Source: Lama glama
Taxonomy: Eukaryota
Length of the DNA: 64,000 nucleotides
Assembly (NCBI GenBank): GCA_028534125.1
Contig: CM052816.1
Location: 33,420,001-33,484,000 of the forward strand
Direction of reading: 5' to 3'
The notes under the pieces were generated by a model. It worked only from the letters and a program-made list of their open reading frames with translations. It did not search any database and was not told the origin of the DNA. Numbering within the stretch: position 1 is the stretch's first letter; every line of letters begins with the position of its first letter. Made by a program: the position numbers and the translations under genes. This document shows, piece by piece, positions 13,860-27,393 of the stretch.

Positions 13860-14287
13860 ATACTCATTACTATGTCCAAACTATTTCTCTTCCCTTGTGC
13901 CTCTAAAACTCCAGCTGCTTTGAAATGTCTGCCATCAGCCAATACAACCTGCAAACTCTCCTTGTAACTATCTTACTGTCTTCTTCTCACTCATCCTATA
14001 CTGAAGATTTTAGCATATTTTAGCAACTTTATTTCATCATTCTTAACAACAACTTTCATATGAATGCTCCATTCAACATCCTTACCTCTTAATTTCTTTA
14101 CCACTTCCTCAATTCCAACATTATCTTCCCTCACTCATCCTTACTAACCTATTCTTATGGTTATATCCCAGGCCTCATCATTACCACCAATTGTACCACT
14201 TCAAAAATACCAATTTCTAACATCCCACTCTCTGCTTTCTACCTCCTATTTTTTACTCTCACTTAGCTGAGATTCCATGGTCCATGA
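13860..14287 (+). mobile_element. L2 ORF2 fragment (left part, interrupted by the L1)
   Basis: C/T-rich sequence with decayed APE motifs (ttatggttatatcccaggcctcatcattacc, resembling GHTLDLIIT; catcccactctctg). Confidence 0.55.
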
Positions 14288-14308
14288 AGATAAGCACTGA
14301 TCTACACA

Positions 14309-17300
14309 AACACACAAAATCTATGGGATGCAGCAAAAGCAGTCCTGTGAGGGAAGTTCATAGCAACACAGGCCTTCCTCAAAAAACAAGAACAATCTCA
14401 AATAAACAACCTAAATTACCACCCAAAAGAATTAGAAAAAGAAGAGTAAACAAAACCTAAAGTTAGCAGAAGGAAAGAAATAACAAAGATCAGGGAAGAA
14501 ATAAAATGGAGACTTAAAAAAAATTGAAAAAAATCATACTAAGAGATGGTGTTTTGAAAGAGTAAACCAAATTGACAAATCTCTGGCCAGGCTCACCAAG
14601 AAGAAAAGAGGACACAAATAAACAAAATAAGAAAGGGAAATGGAAAAATCAGAATCAACACCACAGAAATACAAAAAACCATAAGAGAATACTGTGAACA
14701 ATTACATAGCAATAAATTGGACAACTTAGAAGAAATGGATGAGTTTCTAGAAACATACAGCCCACCAAACCTGAATCAAGAAGAAACAGATCATTTGAAC
14801 AGCCCAATCACTAGAAGTGAAAAAGTATCAGCAATAAAAAAAACCTCCCTGCAAACAAAAGTCCAGGACCAGATGGCTTCACTGGGAAAATCTATCAAAC
14901 ATACAATAAAGAGCTCATACCAATAATTTTCAAGCTCTTCTAAAAGACTGAAAAGGAGGGAATACTCCCAAATTCATTCTATGAAGCCACCATTACCCTG
15001 ATACCTAAGCCAGACAAAGACTACCAAAAAAGAAAACTACAGGCCATTACATTGATGAACATAGATGCAAAAATCCTCAACAAAATATTAGCAAGCACAA
15101 TCCAACAACACATAAAAAAGATCATACATCATGATCAAGATGGGTTCATCCCGAGGATAAAAGGGTGGTTCAACATACACAAATCAATCAAAGTGATACA
15201 CCACATCAACAAGAGAAAGGATAAAAATCACATGATCATCTCAATAGATGCAGAAAAAGCATTTGATAAAATTCAACACTGATTTATGATAAAAACTCTA
15301 ACCAAAGTGGGTATAGAGGGAACATATCTCAACATAATACAAGCTATTTATGACAAACCTATAGCCAGCATAATACTCAACAGTGAAAAACTGAAAGCCT
15401 TCCTGCTAAGATCTGGAACAAGGAAGCTCATCCTCACCACTTCTATTCATACAGTATTGGAAGTCCTAGCTATAGCAATTAGACAAGAAGAAGAAATAAA
15501 AGGGATCCAAATTGGAAGGGAAGAGATAAAACTGTCATTATATGCAGATGACATAATACTATATGTAGAAAACCCTAAAGGCTCCCAACAAAAACTACTA
15601 GAGCTGATAAAAAATTCAGTAAGGTAGCAGTATACAAGATTAACATAAAGAAATCAGCTGAATTTCTTTACACTAACAATGAAATATCAGAAAAGGAAAG
15701 TAAAGAAACAATCCCTTTTAAAATTGCATCCAAAAAAATAAAATACTTAGGAATAAATCTGACCAAGGAAGTGTAAGACTAACACGTGGAGAACTACAAA
15801 ACATTGACTAAGGAAATTAAAGATGACTTAAAAGAAATGGAAAGATATCCCATGTTCTTGGATTGGAAGAAATAATACAGTGAAAATGGTCATATTACCC
15901 AAAGTAATCTACAGATTTAATGCCATCCTTATCAAACTACCCAGGACGTTTTTCACAGAACTAGAACAAATAATTCTAAAATTTATATGGAATCATAAAA
16001 GACCCAGAACTGCCAAAGCAACATTGAAGAAAAAAATTAAACTGGAGGAATAACGTTCCCAGACTTCAGGCACTATTACAGAGTTACAATAATCCAAATA
16101 GTATGGTATTGGTACAAAAACAGACATATGGACCAATAGAACATAACAGAGAGCCCAGAAATAAACCCCCAAATTTTAGGTCAATTAATCTTTGATAAAG
16201 GAGGCAAGAACATACAATGGTATAAATACAGTCTCTTCAGCAAATGGTACTGGGAAAATTGGACAGCTGCACATAAATAAATGAAGTTAGAATACTCCCT
16301 CACTCCATGCACAAAAATAAACTCAAAATGGCTTAAAGACTTAAACATAAGACAAGACACGATAAACCTCTTAGAAGAAAACATAGGCAAACCTTCTCTG
16401 ACATAAACCTCAGCAATGTTCTCCTGGGCAGTCTACCCAGGCAATAGAAATAAAAGCAAAAAGAAACAAATGGGACCTCATTAAAGTATAAGCTTTTGCA
16501 CAGCAAAGGAAACCATAAGCAAAACAAAAAGACAACCTACAGAATGGAGGAAAATATTTGCAAAAGATGAGACTGACAAGGGCTTAATTTCCAGGATGTA
16601 TAAACAGTTCATACAACTTAATAACAGAGAAACAAACAACCCAATCCAAAAATGGGCAGAAGATCTAAATAAGCAATTCTCCAATGAAGACATACAAATG
16701 GCCAACAGGCACATGAAAAGATGCTCAATATCACTAATTATCAGAAAATGCAAATCAAAACTACAATGAAGTATCACCTCACACCAGTCAGAATGGCCAC
16801 CATTCAAAAGTCGACAAATGATAAGTGCTGGAGAGGGTGTAGAGAAAAGGGAACCCTTCGACACTGCTGGGAGAATGTAGTTTGGTGCAGCCATTATGGA
16901 AAACAGTATGGAGATTCCTCAAAAGACTACAAAATAGACTTATCATATGATCCAGCAATCCCATTCCTGGGCATATACCCAAAGGGAACCTTAATTCAAA
17001 AAGATACATGCACCCCAATGTTCATAGCAGCACTCTTTACAACAGCCAAGACATGGAAACAACCTAAATGTCCATTGACAGATGACTAGATAAAGAAGTT
17101 GTAGTGTATTTATACCATGGAATACTACACAGCCATAAAAGAGAATAAAATAATGCCATTTGCAGCAACACGGATGGACTTGGAGATTGTCATTCTATGT
17201 GAAGTAAGCCAGAAAGAGAAAGAAAAATACCATATGATATCACTTATATGTGGAATCTGGAAAAAAAAAAGTTAAATGAACTGATTTACAAAACAGAAAC

Positions 17301-17612
17301 AGACTCACAAACAGAAAACAAACTTATGGTTACTGGTGGAGGGAGAGGGTGGGAAGGGATAAATTAGGAGTTTGAGATTTGCCGACCCTAGCTAATATAT
17401 ATAAAATAGATAAACAACAAGTTTATCATACTGTATAGCATAGGGAACTATATTCAGTATCTTGTAGTAACTTATGGTGAAAAAGAATTATGAAAATGAA
17501 TATATGAATGTTCATGTATGACTGAAGCATTATGCTATACACCAGAAATTGACACAACATTGTAAACTGACTATACTTCAATAAAAAATATATATATACA
17601 AAAAAAAAAAAG
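14309..17612 (+). mobile_element. 5'-truncated LINE-1, ~3.3 kb, with disrupted ORF2 (RT and C-terminal domains), 3'UTR and poly(A)
   Basis: ORF fragments [37 protein letters not shown] (YADD at 15541-15552) and [15 protein letters not shown], with many stops and frameshifts. TSD agataagcactgatctacaca (14288-14308) / agataagcagtgatctgcaca (17613-17633). Confidence 0.97.
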
Positions 17613-17633
17613 AGATAAGCAGTGATCTGCACA

Positions 17634-17920
17634 TTGTTTCAACTCCTTTGCTCTCATCTTCTGTTGTATTTGCCAGGAAGAACCCTTAATTTGGTTTAAC
17701 TCCTCTCTTCTCTTACTCCATGTTTGTGCCTGAACTTAAGTGGTTGAAAGAAAACACACAACCATATTGACTTATTTTAAGTTTATGACCCCGAATCTCA
17801 AGGGATTCTCAGCTCTTTCACTTCACAATAGAACATTTTACACTTTCTCTCTCAGACCTCCAATATTCCCTCTTCCCTTCACTCTCCTATCACAGATCTG
17901 GGCCTCGATCATTGCTTATC
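17634..17920 (+). mobile_element. L2 ORF2 fragment (right part)
   Basis: gaaagaaaacacacaaccatattgac...tttaagtttatgacc resembles the L2 segment following the endonuclease domain. Confidence 0.5.
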
Positions 17921-20425
17921 CCTTTTTTTTTTTTTTCGGTCTTTTTCTCTTTCTGGATCTAGCTGGTATCAACAGAAAAGGTTCAGGTTTGGGACTCAAA
18001 AGCCCTGGGTTCAAATTATCTATTGTGTCCTTCAGGGACACTTCTCTTCTCTAAAACTCCCATTAGTAAAATACTGGCATGAGGGGCTTTGTGTTAACAT
18101 GTGAAAGGGACTACTACATGTTGCTTGAATGAGTAAACGTGGGCTCCATTCTTATTAGCATTATGCTTCTTTACTGCTAGAACTACTAAGGAAGCATATG
18201 GTAATTTGAGGGTGCTTACTTTAAAGAAAGCAGCTGAAAGCTAATTCAACGCTGAAAATAATTTGGATCTCTTCTAATTAATATCCTTTGCACATAGTCA
18301 TTCATTCCCTCTCTTTTAGCAAATTAATGGTTTTGGAGTTCCATGATTCGATCTTTTCTTAGCCTTCTTTCTCTCCTCTCTTCTTACATTGTCGGGATGG
18401 ATGCAGCTTTGACCACCATTCAACTTTGTACCATAAAGAAATGTAAAACTCAAATTTATTAAAATGTCTTTACCTGTTAACACTAAGATTATAGCTCTTC
18501 CCCTCCTGACTAAGATAAGAATCCTAGGTTTGCTTTGAGGCTGATTGGCTGTGTTCCTTCGGGCTGTCTCAGTTCTGGTTGTGGTCCAACGGGCACCACT
18601 TCCCAGCTCTGATCTCCTGACCTTGGGCCCCTTTCAACTTTCCTGCTGCCCACCACATCTTTGGTTGCAAGGCCTTTCCTACTCAGCTCTCTGACAAGTT
18701 ACTAGTCTCTTTTTTCTACTAGGCTATGGTAGTATAAGTTCTCCCTCTAAGATTTCCTCTGGTTTTGGCTAGTCATCTCCTTTTTCTGCTCCACAGACTC
18801 CATACAAAGGGTGAAGATCACTTTAGATCCAATCACACATTACTTGTAAAAGTACTGCAGGGCTATATGTGATAAGTTGAATGGATAGTGTAACTGCAAA
18901 TTATGTTTCTTTTTGGTCAACAGCACAAAGGCACGTGCCTATGTTCTCAGTCTCAGCTTTCTCTCTCGCTGCCCTCCGCCCCTTGCATTAGTTTGCCTCC
19001 GAAGTAAGGTGTTCATTTTTTAAAAGGCAACAAAATGCCTGTGAAAGATCAATATAATGAGAGGATGGATAAGTGAGCTGAATTGTGACAGAGTCCAGCA
19101 GCGTTTCTATCAAGAAAGAAAACAAATCAAACTGCAATGACTAATTCTCTATGAGAATGTTCAGACTTCCAAGTGGATCTTTAAATGGTGAAGCATGCAA
19201 ATCAGGCAAGATTTTAACATTCCACCCCACTACCTTTTTTCTCTCGTAGACATATACTTGTCACAAACTGAATAGAAATATCCCTGTCCATATTCCAGGA
19301 AACCTGGCTTAACAGTCCCTATGAAAATCAATAGGTTCCAACTGACAGAATGCTTGAAGAAGTTTCACTTCACTTGACACGGTTTGTTATCTGCAAGCTA
19401 CTTTCCTTAATGTGTTCTGAGACCTCAACTGGGCCCCAAAATGCTACTTGAGCTAGTGATTTATTATTCTCCTCTCTGTCACTGACCAAGGGCGACCTTG
19501 ACTGCACTCCTACAGCATATCCATGAGTGGTTAAAAGGAGCAACAGCAGTGTTTAATAGATGCATATCTCTAACCCAGATTGACCCAGTCATCTCTCTAA
19601 CGTACGTCACAGAAATTGGAAAATGAATGGCCCATGGCCTGTTTTCTACGTTCCCAAAGGTTATGAAGAAAGAGACAAGAGTAGGTAATCTTCGGTTTAC
19701 CCAGTGAAATAAATGGTATTATCTCTATCTGAGAACTGAGGAAACTGAAATTGTCCTGGAGATTCAACTACCAAGAATTTGGGAGAGGCCTGGGTACCTT
19801 CTGTAATTTAACCTACAACAAACTTTCAAAGTCTCCTGCAGCCTCATAGTTATATGTTCAAAGAGCTAATCCCTAAGAATAGAAGGAAAAATGAATACAA
19901 ATTAAAACCTAACTCACAGAATGACTAACAAGTCACAACGTGAGGCTCTTCAAGTAACTGAGAAAAGGATAAGAGGGCTCTTTTATCCTTTGACACTTAA
20001 ACGAAAATTTTATAAAAATGAGGGACATTTACTAGGTGAATGTTAATTAAATTATTCAAGAAAAGTCTTTCAAGAAATCTATAGGTAACTTTACATTATA
20101 ATTACTAAAATATGACAAAATTTAGACCTGGAACAGCTTCTACACTGTGGATCAAGTCACACAGCTCCAATGATGAGAATCAGAATAGAGCCGTAGAGTT
20201 GAAAGTGTTCCAAATCTAGGAATCACAAGCATCCAAGATCTGTTTACGTATGAAGTCATATGATCAGAAATCTTCATTTAGTGCCACACTAAATTTTACT
20301 GATAATAATAGTAAAATATATACCCATTTTCAACAGGTATTTTAAAAGCACTCTGAAAATAATATGATTAATTTATTCATACTGAAGTACACAGGACATC
20401 TGGTGCTGCTCACTGCTTAGTTTTA

Positions 20426-20713
20426 TTTCTTTTTTTCCAGCTTTAATGAAATATAATTGACTTACAACATTGTAGAAGTTTAACACACACAATGTGACTT
20501 GTATATATTTTGAAATGATTACCATAATTAGTTAACATCTCTGTCACCTCACATAGGTAGCATTTTTTGTGTATGTGTGCATAGTGAGAACATTTAAGAT
20601 CTGCTCTCTTGGCAATTTTCAAATATAAAATACAATATTATTAACTAAAATCACCATGCTGTATGTTAAATCCCCAGAACTCATTCATCTTATAACTAGA
20701 ACAGTTATTCTTT
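20426..20713 (-). mobile_element. LINE-1 3'UTR (L1MA9-like)
   Basis: T-rich tail, then cagctttaatgaaatataattgac...tccccagaactcattcatcttataact. Alignable to 35085-35375 and 31430-31575. Confidence 0.88.
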
Positions 20714-21149
20714 TAAAAAAATAAAGTGAAAAAGTAAATTTCTTCTATTATATAAATTTTGAAAAATATTGCATGTGAATTAGTTGTAAAGAATATTTTT
20801 GCTGTTAACCTTAGGTAAAAAGGATTGCCATTTTTTATGTAACACGTGCATTTGCCTTTAGGACACTGGTGCCACTGATGACTGAAACTGGGTATTTTTC
20901 TCTTCACCTCTGCAAGCATTGATATGTATTCTTTAATTTATATAGGAAACTGTTTATTCCTCTGGAGAAACAGGGAATGGGATAGTGATCCCCCACTGTG
21001 TCCAAAAATTAAAAGGTCTATTGGGTACAACAGTTTCCCATCAGCCCTCTGCTATCACTGCTTAGTTTTAAATCAAGATAATGAAAACATCAGAATTGCA
21101 TAGAATGAGCTGGTACTATTATCTGTGCATACTCATTACAATTAGGAAT

Positions 21150-21380
21150 AATTGTTCACCATTTATTGCATGCTTCCTAGGTGCTGAGAAATATTTCACA
21201 TAAATTATCTCATTTTAACGGTCACTAAAACACCATGAGCTAGATATTCTTAAATCCATTTCACAGATGAAGAAATTGAGATTGAGAGATTTATGTAACT
21301 GTTGTAGTCACTTCTGGCAGAAGTGATCCTGCACTCAAGAAACCTGGCTCCACAGATCATGTTCTCACTACACAACTGCA
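21150..21380 (-). mobile_element. MIR SINE
   Basis: Core ccatttcacagatgaagaaattgag with flanking MIR-like sequence. Confidence 0.75.
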
Positions 21381-21414
21381 CAGCCATTCTTAACAAGAGT
21401 TAGAATACCTACAC

Positions 21415-21493
21415 ATTCTGAATTTACACGCTGAGATTGGCTCTCAGACTCATAAATTCTAAATTTACACAATAAGATTAATTCTTAGACTCA
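21415..21493. repeat. Diverged 41-bp tandem duplication
   Basis: attctgaatttacacgctgagattggctctcagactca vs attctaaatttacacaataagattaattcttagactca. Confidence 0.75.
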
Positions 21494-23012
21494 ATACTAG
21501 GTATTTCATGAAAGGATTTTACAGTAAGCTGAATGCAATCTTTTTCAAGAGTTGAGTCACACAGCTAGCTAGACACATCACTGGAATTCTAGAATTCAAA
21601 TATTTTTCCCCCAAATTCCAGGGACACTAGAAATGATTGATGAGTATAATTTTTTAAATCTCAATCACTTCATCTTGAAATGAGCCATATTGATAGGGCT
21701 GAAGTGTGATTCTTTAGATATACACTGAGGTATGTACTTCCTAGGAAAAAAGATTAAGCCTATGACTCATTTCTGAAATAGTGACTCCTTTATAACCAAA
21801 ATTTCAACAGTTGTGAGTCCATCTAATTTAGCAAAAGTCAGTCCAAGCTGCTAAATCTACCAAATCTGCTTAAATTTTGTCACTGTCTTGAATCTATTTT
21901 TTTCCTTGCGTGAAGTTTTAAGTTTTATTCAAAAGTCATGTAAATCAGTAAAAAGTTCCTATCTTGTAAATCACACTGACTATCCCATTAACCATGTCTA
22001 TTAGAATCTTTTAATGCCCTAATGTTGTTAATCTGAGGAAGTAGCTTAGTAAATCTTTCTACTCTAATTTCTTCTAAATTGCACATAAAATGGAGATGAT
22101 AAAGGGTTTATGTGTGAAGGAAAAAGGTGAGCCTAGTTTCTTTTATCTCCCATTCATGTTTTACAAAGTTCACAGTAAAAGTTCCACTGGTATCTAAGTC
22201 AATTAGTGTTTACATGCAAAGTAATGAGGTATTTATGGGCAACAAAAATGGCACTGCCTGTGAATCAGTGGGAATTTCAAAATATAAAGCTACAAAATAG
22301 GTCACCATTTCCCAGGAGGACAGCAAATATACCATTTCTAGTGATTTGACAACTTCTTCAGTCCAAAGATAACTACTACTACATGGAAAAAATTATATAA
22401 ACAAACAACCCAAAGGGCCCTTCAATGCACTGTCCTCTCTTGTTTATTCTCACTACCCTCAAAGTTTTATCCCTATTAATAACGCAATGAAACAAATGGA
22501 TACTGTTTCTGGAAAAGCCCAGGATTTTCAGTACAGTAAAAAGTTGGTTCAACTATCCTTTTCTATTTTCTGGCATTTTAATACATCTATAATAGAGTCA
22601 CAGGTTTTTATCATGACATTTAGAAATTGTACAATTTTGAAATGCTTTCTGAATGGCCAGAGAAATGTTAAGCTATGTTGAACAGGATTTCAGTGTTGAA
22701 GTATATTTTAACACAAAATTTTTGCTATAAGAATTTTTATATATACTGAAATTTTGAAATAGCAGCATGGACACTAGTATACTGTCCCAAATTTAATAAT
22801 TATTGTTTTTTGCCATATTCTGTCTCTCTCTCTTCCCATATGCACCCCCCACACTTTTTTGTTGTGAACTATTTGAAAGTAAGTTGCAGACATTATGACC
22901 TCAGTTAATATGCATTTAAATGTATTCTAATTCTAGAAAATGTAGGGATTTATATATAAAGTACATGGCATTCTATCCATATACAAAATAGATAGTAGTT
23001 AAAAATATTTTT

Positions 23013-23925
23013 CAGAAGACTTACACATTTCTCCAATGAGGACATACAAATGGCCAACAGGTACATGAAAAATGCTCAATATTGCTAATTATCAGAGAAA
23101 TGCAAATCAAAACTTCAATGAGGTATCACCTCACATAGGTCAGAATGGCCATCATTAAAAGGTCCTCGAATAAATGCTAGAGAGGGTGTGGAGAAAAGGG
23201 AACACTCCTACACTGCTGGAGGGAATATAATTTGGTGCAGCCATTACGGAAAACAGTATGGAGATTCTTTAAAAAAATGAAAAGGGACTTATCCTATGAT
23301 CTGGTAATCCCATTCCTGTGTATCTATCCAGAGGAAATTCTAACTTGAAAAGATCCATGCACCTCAAAATTCATAGCAGCACTATTTAGAATAGCCAAGA
23401 CATGGAAGCAATCTAAATATCCATTGGCGGATAACTGGAAAAAGAAGTTGTGGTATACATATATACAATGGAATACTACTTAGTCATAGAAAAGAATAAA
23501 ATAATGCCATCTGCAGAAACATAGATGGACCTGGAGATTGTCATACTAAGTAAGCCGAAAAGAGAAAGAAAAATACCATATGATATCATTTATATGTGGA
23601 ATCTAAAAAAAGGACACAAATGAACTTATTTACAAAACAGAGACAGACTCATGGACACAGAAAACAAACTTATGGTTACCAGGGGGAAAAGGGGGTTGGG
23701 AGGGATAAATTGGGAGTTCAGCCTTTGTAGATATTAACTACCGTATATAAAATAGATACACAACAAGGCCCTACTGTATAGCACAGGGAACTAAATTCAA
23801 TACCTGTAATAGCCTACAATAAAAAAGAATATGAAAAGAAATATATATATATGTATAACTGAATTACTATGCTGTACACCAGAAATTGACACAACATTGT
23901 AAACCGACTATACTTCAATAAAAAA
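23013..23925 (+). mobile_element. 5'-truncated LINE-1 (ORF2 C-terminus + 3'UTR)
   Basis: Colinear with 16658-17590 and ends in cttcaataaaaaa. TSD not clear. Confidence 0.93.
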
Positions 23926-24541
23926 TTTTTTAAATTTTATTATAATTACATAATTTCCCACAAGCATATTTTATTAGTCAAAATACCCAACAGTCTGAAC
24001 ATGACAGTTTACTTTATGTTTACTAACAGTATTAACTTTGTCCTGTACCTGAAAACCAATGGAATATGATTTTCTCCCAAAGAGCTGATGATTTATTCTG
24101 CTTTCCCATGGATAAATTAGAGTCTTTGTCTATCACCTAGACATATGAATGCTTAATGAATTATCAGTGATAATTGGGTGTTTCATAGGGGGAATACATC
24201 CCTTATTGCCAATGTAAACTAAATATTTCCTAAAATATTAAGCTATGAGAAAAAAACATAAAATTGCTACAAAGTAAAATTCATATAAACTGTCCTGAAA
24301 AGGCATTTAATCATACCCTGGGAAAGAGGATTATTGTTATCAAATAATTAACTTGTTGAAGAGATAGGAAACCTTTCTTGGACTTAAAAACATTTATATG
24401 TGAATTTAATAACCTATAAACTGGATGGGTTCTCTTCTGTTTATTACTTTCTTGAATGTGATAAAAGTTTTATTCAACTTTAGACAGATTATTAAATGGA
24501 ATACTCTGAAACTCACCTTAGAGGTCTTCTCTTATAGATAG

Positions 24542-25040
24542 TATTATGGGTGGAATTGTGTCTCCCTCAAAAAGATACGTTGCAGTCCTAAACCCCACTA
24601 CTTCAAAATGTGACCTTATTTAGCAATTGGCTGTTGTAGATATAAGCAGTTAATTTAAGATGAGGTCATACTGGAGTAGGGTGGGCCCCTAATCCAACAG
24701 GACTGATGTCCTTATAAGAAAAGAGAAATCTGAACACAGACATGCACAGAGGGAAGATGATATGAAGACATGCAGGCAGACAACTGTCATGTGACAACAA
24801 AGGCAGAGATTAAAGTGATGCATCTACAAGTCAAGGAATCCCAAGCTTTGCTGACAGTCACCAGAAGCTAGGAGAGAAGTATGGAACAAACTCTCCCTCA
24901 GTGCCCTGAGAAGGAATCAACCCTGTTACCCTCTTGACTTCAGACTTCAAGCCTTCAAAACTGTAAGGTAGTAAGTTGTCATTGTTTTAAGACACCCAGA
25001 TTGTGGCAGTTTATTACACCACCCCTAGGAAATTCTCACA
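24542..25040 (+). mobile_element. ERVL-MaLR solo LTR, MLT1C-like (~500 bp)
   Basis: ttatgggtggaattgtgtc start, aatgtgaccttattt, aagatgaggtcatactggagtagggtgggccc, caccagaagctagga and ccctaggaaa..caca end. Confidence 0.88.
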
Positions 25041-25054
25041 GGTCTTTGATATAT

Positions 25055-25092
25055 GATAGAGAGATAGAGAGACAGATAGACAGACAGACAGA
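25055..25092 (+). repeat. Imperfect (GATA/GACA)n microsatellite
   Basis: gatagagagatagagagacagatagacagacagacaga. Confidence 0.7.
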
Positions 25093-25186
25093 AAGACTAT
25101 CTTTCAGACCTCTTAAGTTTAGGTCTAGTCATAAAATGAGGACCTGAGGAACTATCCCATGAAGTAGTATAATGGCCCTGAAATTG

Positions 25187-25266
25187 TTAGTTGAACCACA
25201 TAAAACTGTCACTTTTTGTAGGTCAAGAATGTTTTAATAGCGACAATTTTATGTGGCTCAATCTAA
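25187..25266. mobile_element. MADE2-like mariner MITE (80 bp, palindromic)
   Basis: TIRs ttagttgaaccacataaaactgtc / gacaattttatgtggctcaatctaa, with the spacer tttttgtaggtcaa typical of MADE2. Confidence 0.85.
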
Positions 25267-27393
25267 TTAAAAGATTACATAAATCATTTAAGTTTTCTCA
25301 AACCCCCCTTTCTCCTCAAGAGCAAATCTTTAACTGAATTTGCTAGAAAAATACTGGTCTTCACTGCATCACTTTTCCTCCGTAAGTAGATTCTTAGGCT
25401 TCATTCACTTCATTTGGATAAGGAAGTTCTGTTTTCATGACCTATATGGAATTAAACACTGGAGGCAATTGCTCTTTGAGGTTTTGCCTGCTACTCCTCT
25501 CGTTTACACATCTCTGGACATGGTTGATTCTAAGAGACAATGCTGGGAATCCTATCTAATTCATGTTCAAAGCTGAGGTTTCTCCAGGGAATTTTCTCTC
25601 ATTCCATTTGGTACAACAGTTACTGTGTTTGACAATATCTGCCTTACAGCATAGTTCTGCAGCTCCATCTGACACTTGGTTCCTGTCCACATTTTCTTCC
25701 TGCCTGTCTTCTGAGTAAGATGTTTCCACAACAGAGGTGGAGAAGAGAAGGCAGGAAGGGCAAATCAGAGTTTTACTTTTCCAATAAATAAGTCAAAACC
25801 CACTGAATGTCTTCACTTATCTCTTATTCCAATTCATCCAAAGATTTTTGACATAAACCAGTATTCTCTAAACCAGCCCTTTGTCCTTTGGGATTCTGAG
25901 CATTCACAAGTCATTTCTGAATACTTATTTAGACGTTTATACAGTTAGTGCCTTTCAAAGTTTCCTCAACTATGAAAATAAAATAACCACTCACAAATTT
26001 TACTGAGAATAGTTTTTAACCAGTAAGAAAGGATACAGCCAAGTCCAAAAATATCTCTTCCATGACTACTGCTAAAGCATGTCAATATATTTTCATATAA
26101 AGTAAATATTTAACAAGAAATTTCATTTAATAAATTTTTAATAATCCTTACTTCTGTATTTTATGACAATAAAAATTGATTTAAGAGAAAATTCTAAACC
26201 TTACCAATCAAAAGATTTCTCTACATTCTTGAATAACTTAAATCATTGCCTACACCAAATAGGAAATCCAGAATAAAGAGTTTATTAGGAGCAAATGCCA
26301 TTTAAATTATTACCTTCTTCAATTAAATTGTTCCTGTTAGTTGAATGGATTTAAATTCTAACAGATTATTTCAAAATGTCATTCTACTCCTACTTGACTG
26401 AAAACCTTGCGTCATTATTCTCTTCCTCATTATATCAGCATCTAAAATTTCCCTGTGCCAGACAATACATAAACTGCTGGCGATATTAAGCTGCCTTTAG
26501 AAAAACAAAATCCCTTGGCCTCAAAGAGGTATTATTTGACTTCAAAAGTTACGATACTTCTCTTCTCAGCATATGTTAACAGCTGGTTTTTCACAAGTAT
26601 ATATATTTCACATATTTGTTTATATAAAATTTGAGAAAGAAAGAATGTGCTATAAAAGATGTTGTCTTTTTATGGTTTGACAAGCTACCTAAGGACAGGA
26701 AGTGTAAGTAGGGCGTTACAACGACAAATACTTTCTTGGGCACAGGGAGTATTAAAATGCCAGTATTATATGCTGGCATTTGAATTCTGAACTCTTACTT
26801 GCTGCATTTCTTACTTATGAGAGGAGCCTAATAGTAACTTTTGCCACCTTAGCTGAAGTAATCCAAAACCAAAATCTTTTCTTCTTGTTCAAATACAAAC
26901 TTCTTAGATGAACTGATTCAGTCCCAGATACATAAGCATGTATCCGGTTGTAATTTACTGAAGCAAACCTAACATTTGAAAATCAAGTTAGAAGCTGATG
27001 ACTTCTTTAACAAATGCATCTATCTGTGTATCATTCAGGTATTTTTAAATAGCAAGCTTTTCTAGTGTATTAAAACTGTAACTGAGGTCATATATATGTA
27101 TCTACATATATGTCTCAAAACATGGCTGGTATACAAAGCAGCTCTAAATAAATCTTTCCTTGCCATATTTCTCCTCCCCACAACCACATCTAATTTGAGA
27201 CCCAGTTGTTTTAGAAGAATCGCATAGTTTCCATTAGAAAACAGTCCATTTGGCTGCACTTTTACAATCATGATTCAAATGAGTTAACTGCACATAGCAG
27301 CTCTCTGGCCCTTTTGTTCTCTGAATCAGGGCTCCTGGTTTCTCCAGGTCACAGATCCCTTAGAGATGCTATTATATAATGAAATAAACTTAC

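Larger units (their letters stand above)
4710..27393 (-). other. CAMK4: CAMK4 intron 2 (~22.7 kb, GT-AG)
   Basis: Bounded by the exon 2 donor and the exon 3 acceptor. Confidence 0.93.

Noticed and set aside
16181..17018. Antisense ORFs of up to 137 aa
   Set aside because: Commonly open reverse frames of L1 ORF2, with no independent coding evidence.
14717..17089. RT-like ORFs as an active or novel reverse-transcriptase system
   Set aside because: These are fragments of a 5'-truncated L1 ORF2 with stops and frameshifts, no ORF1 and no promoter.
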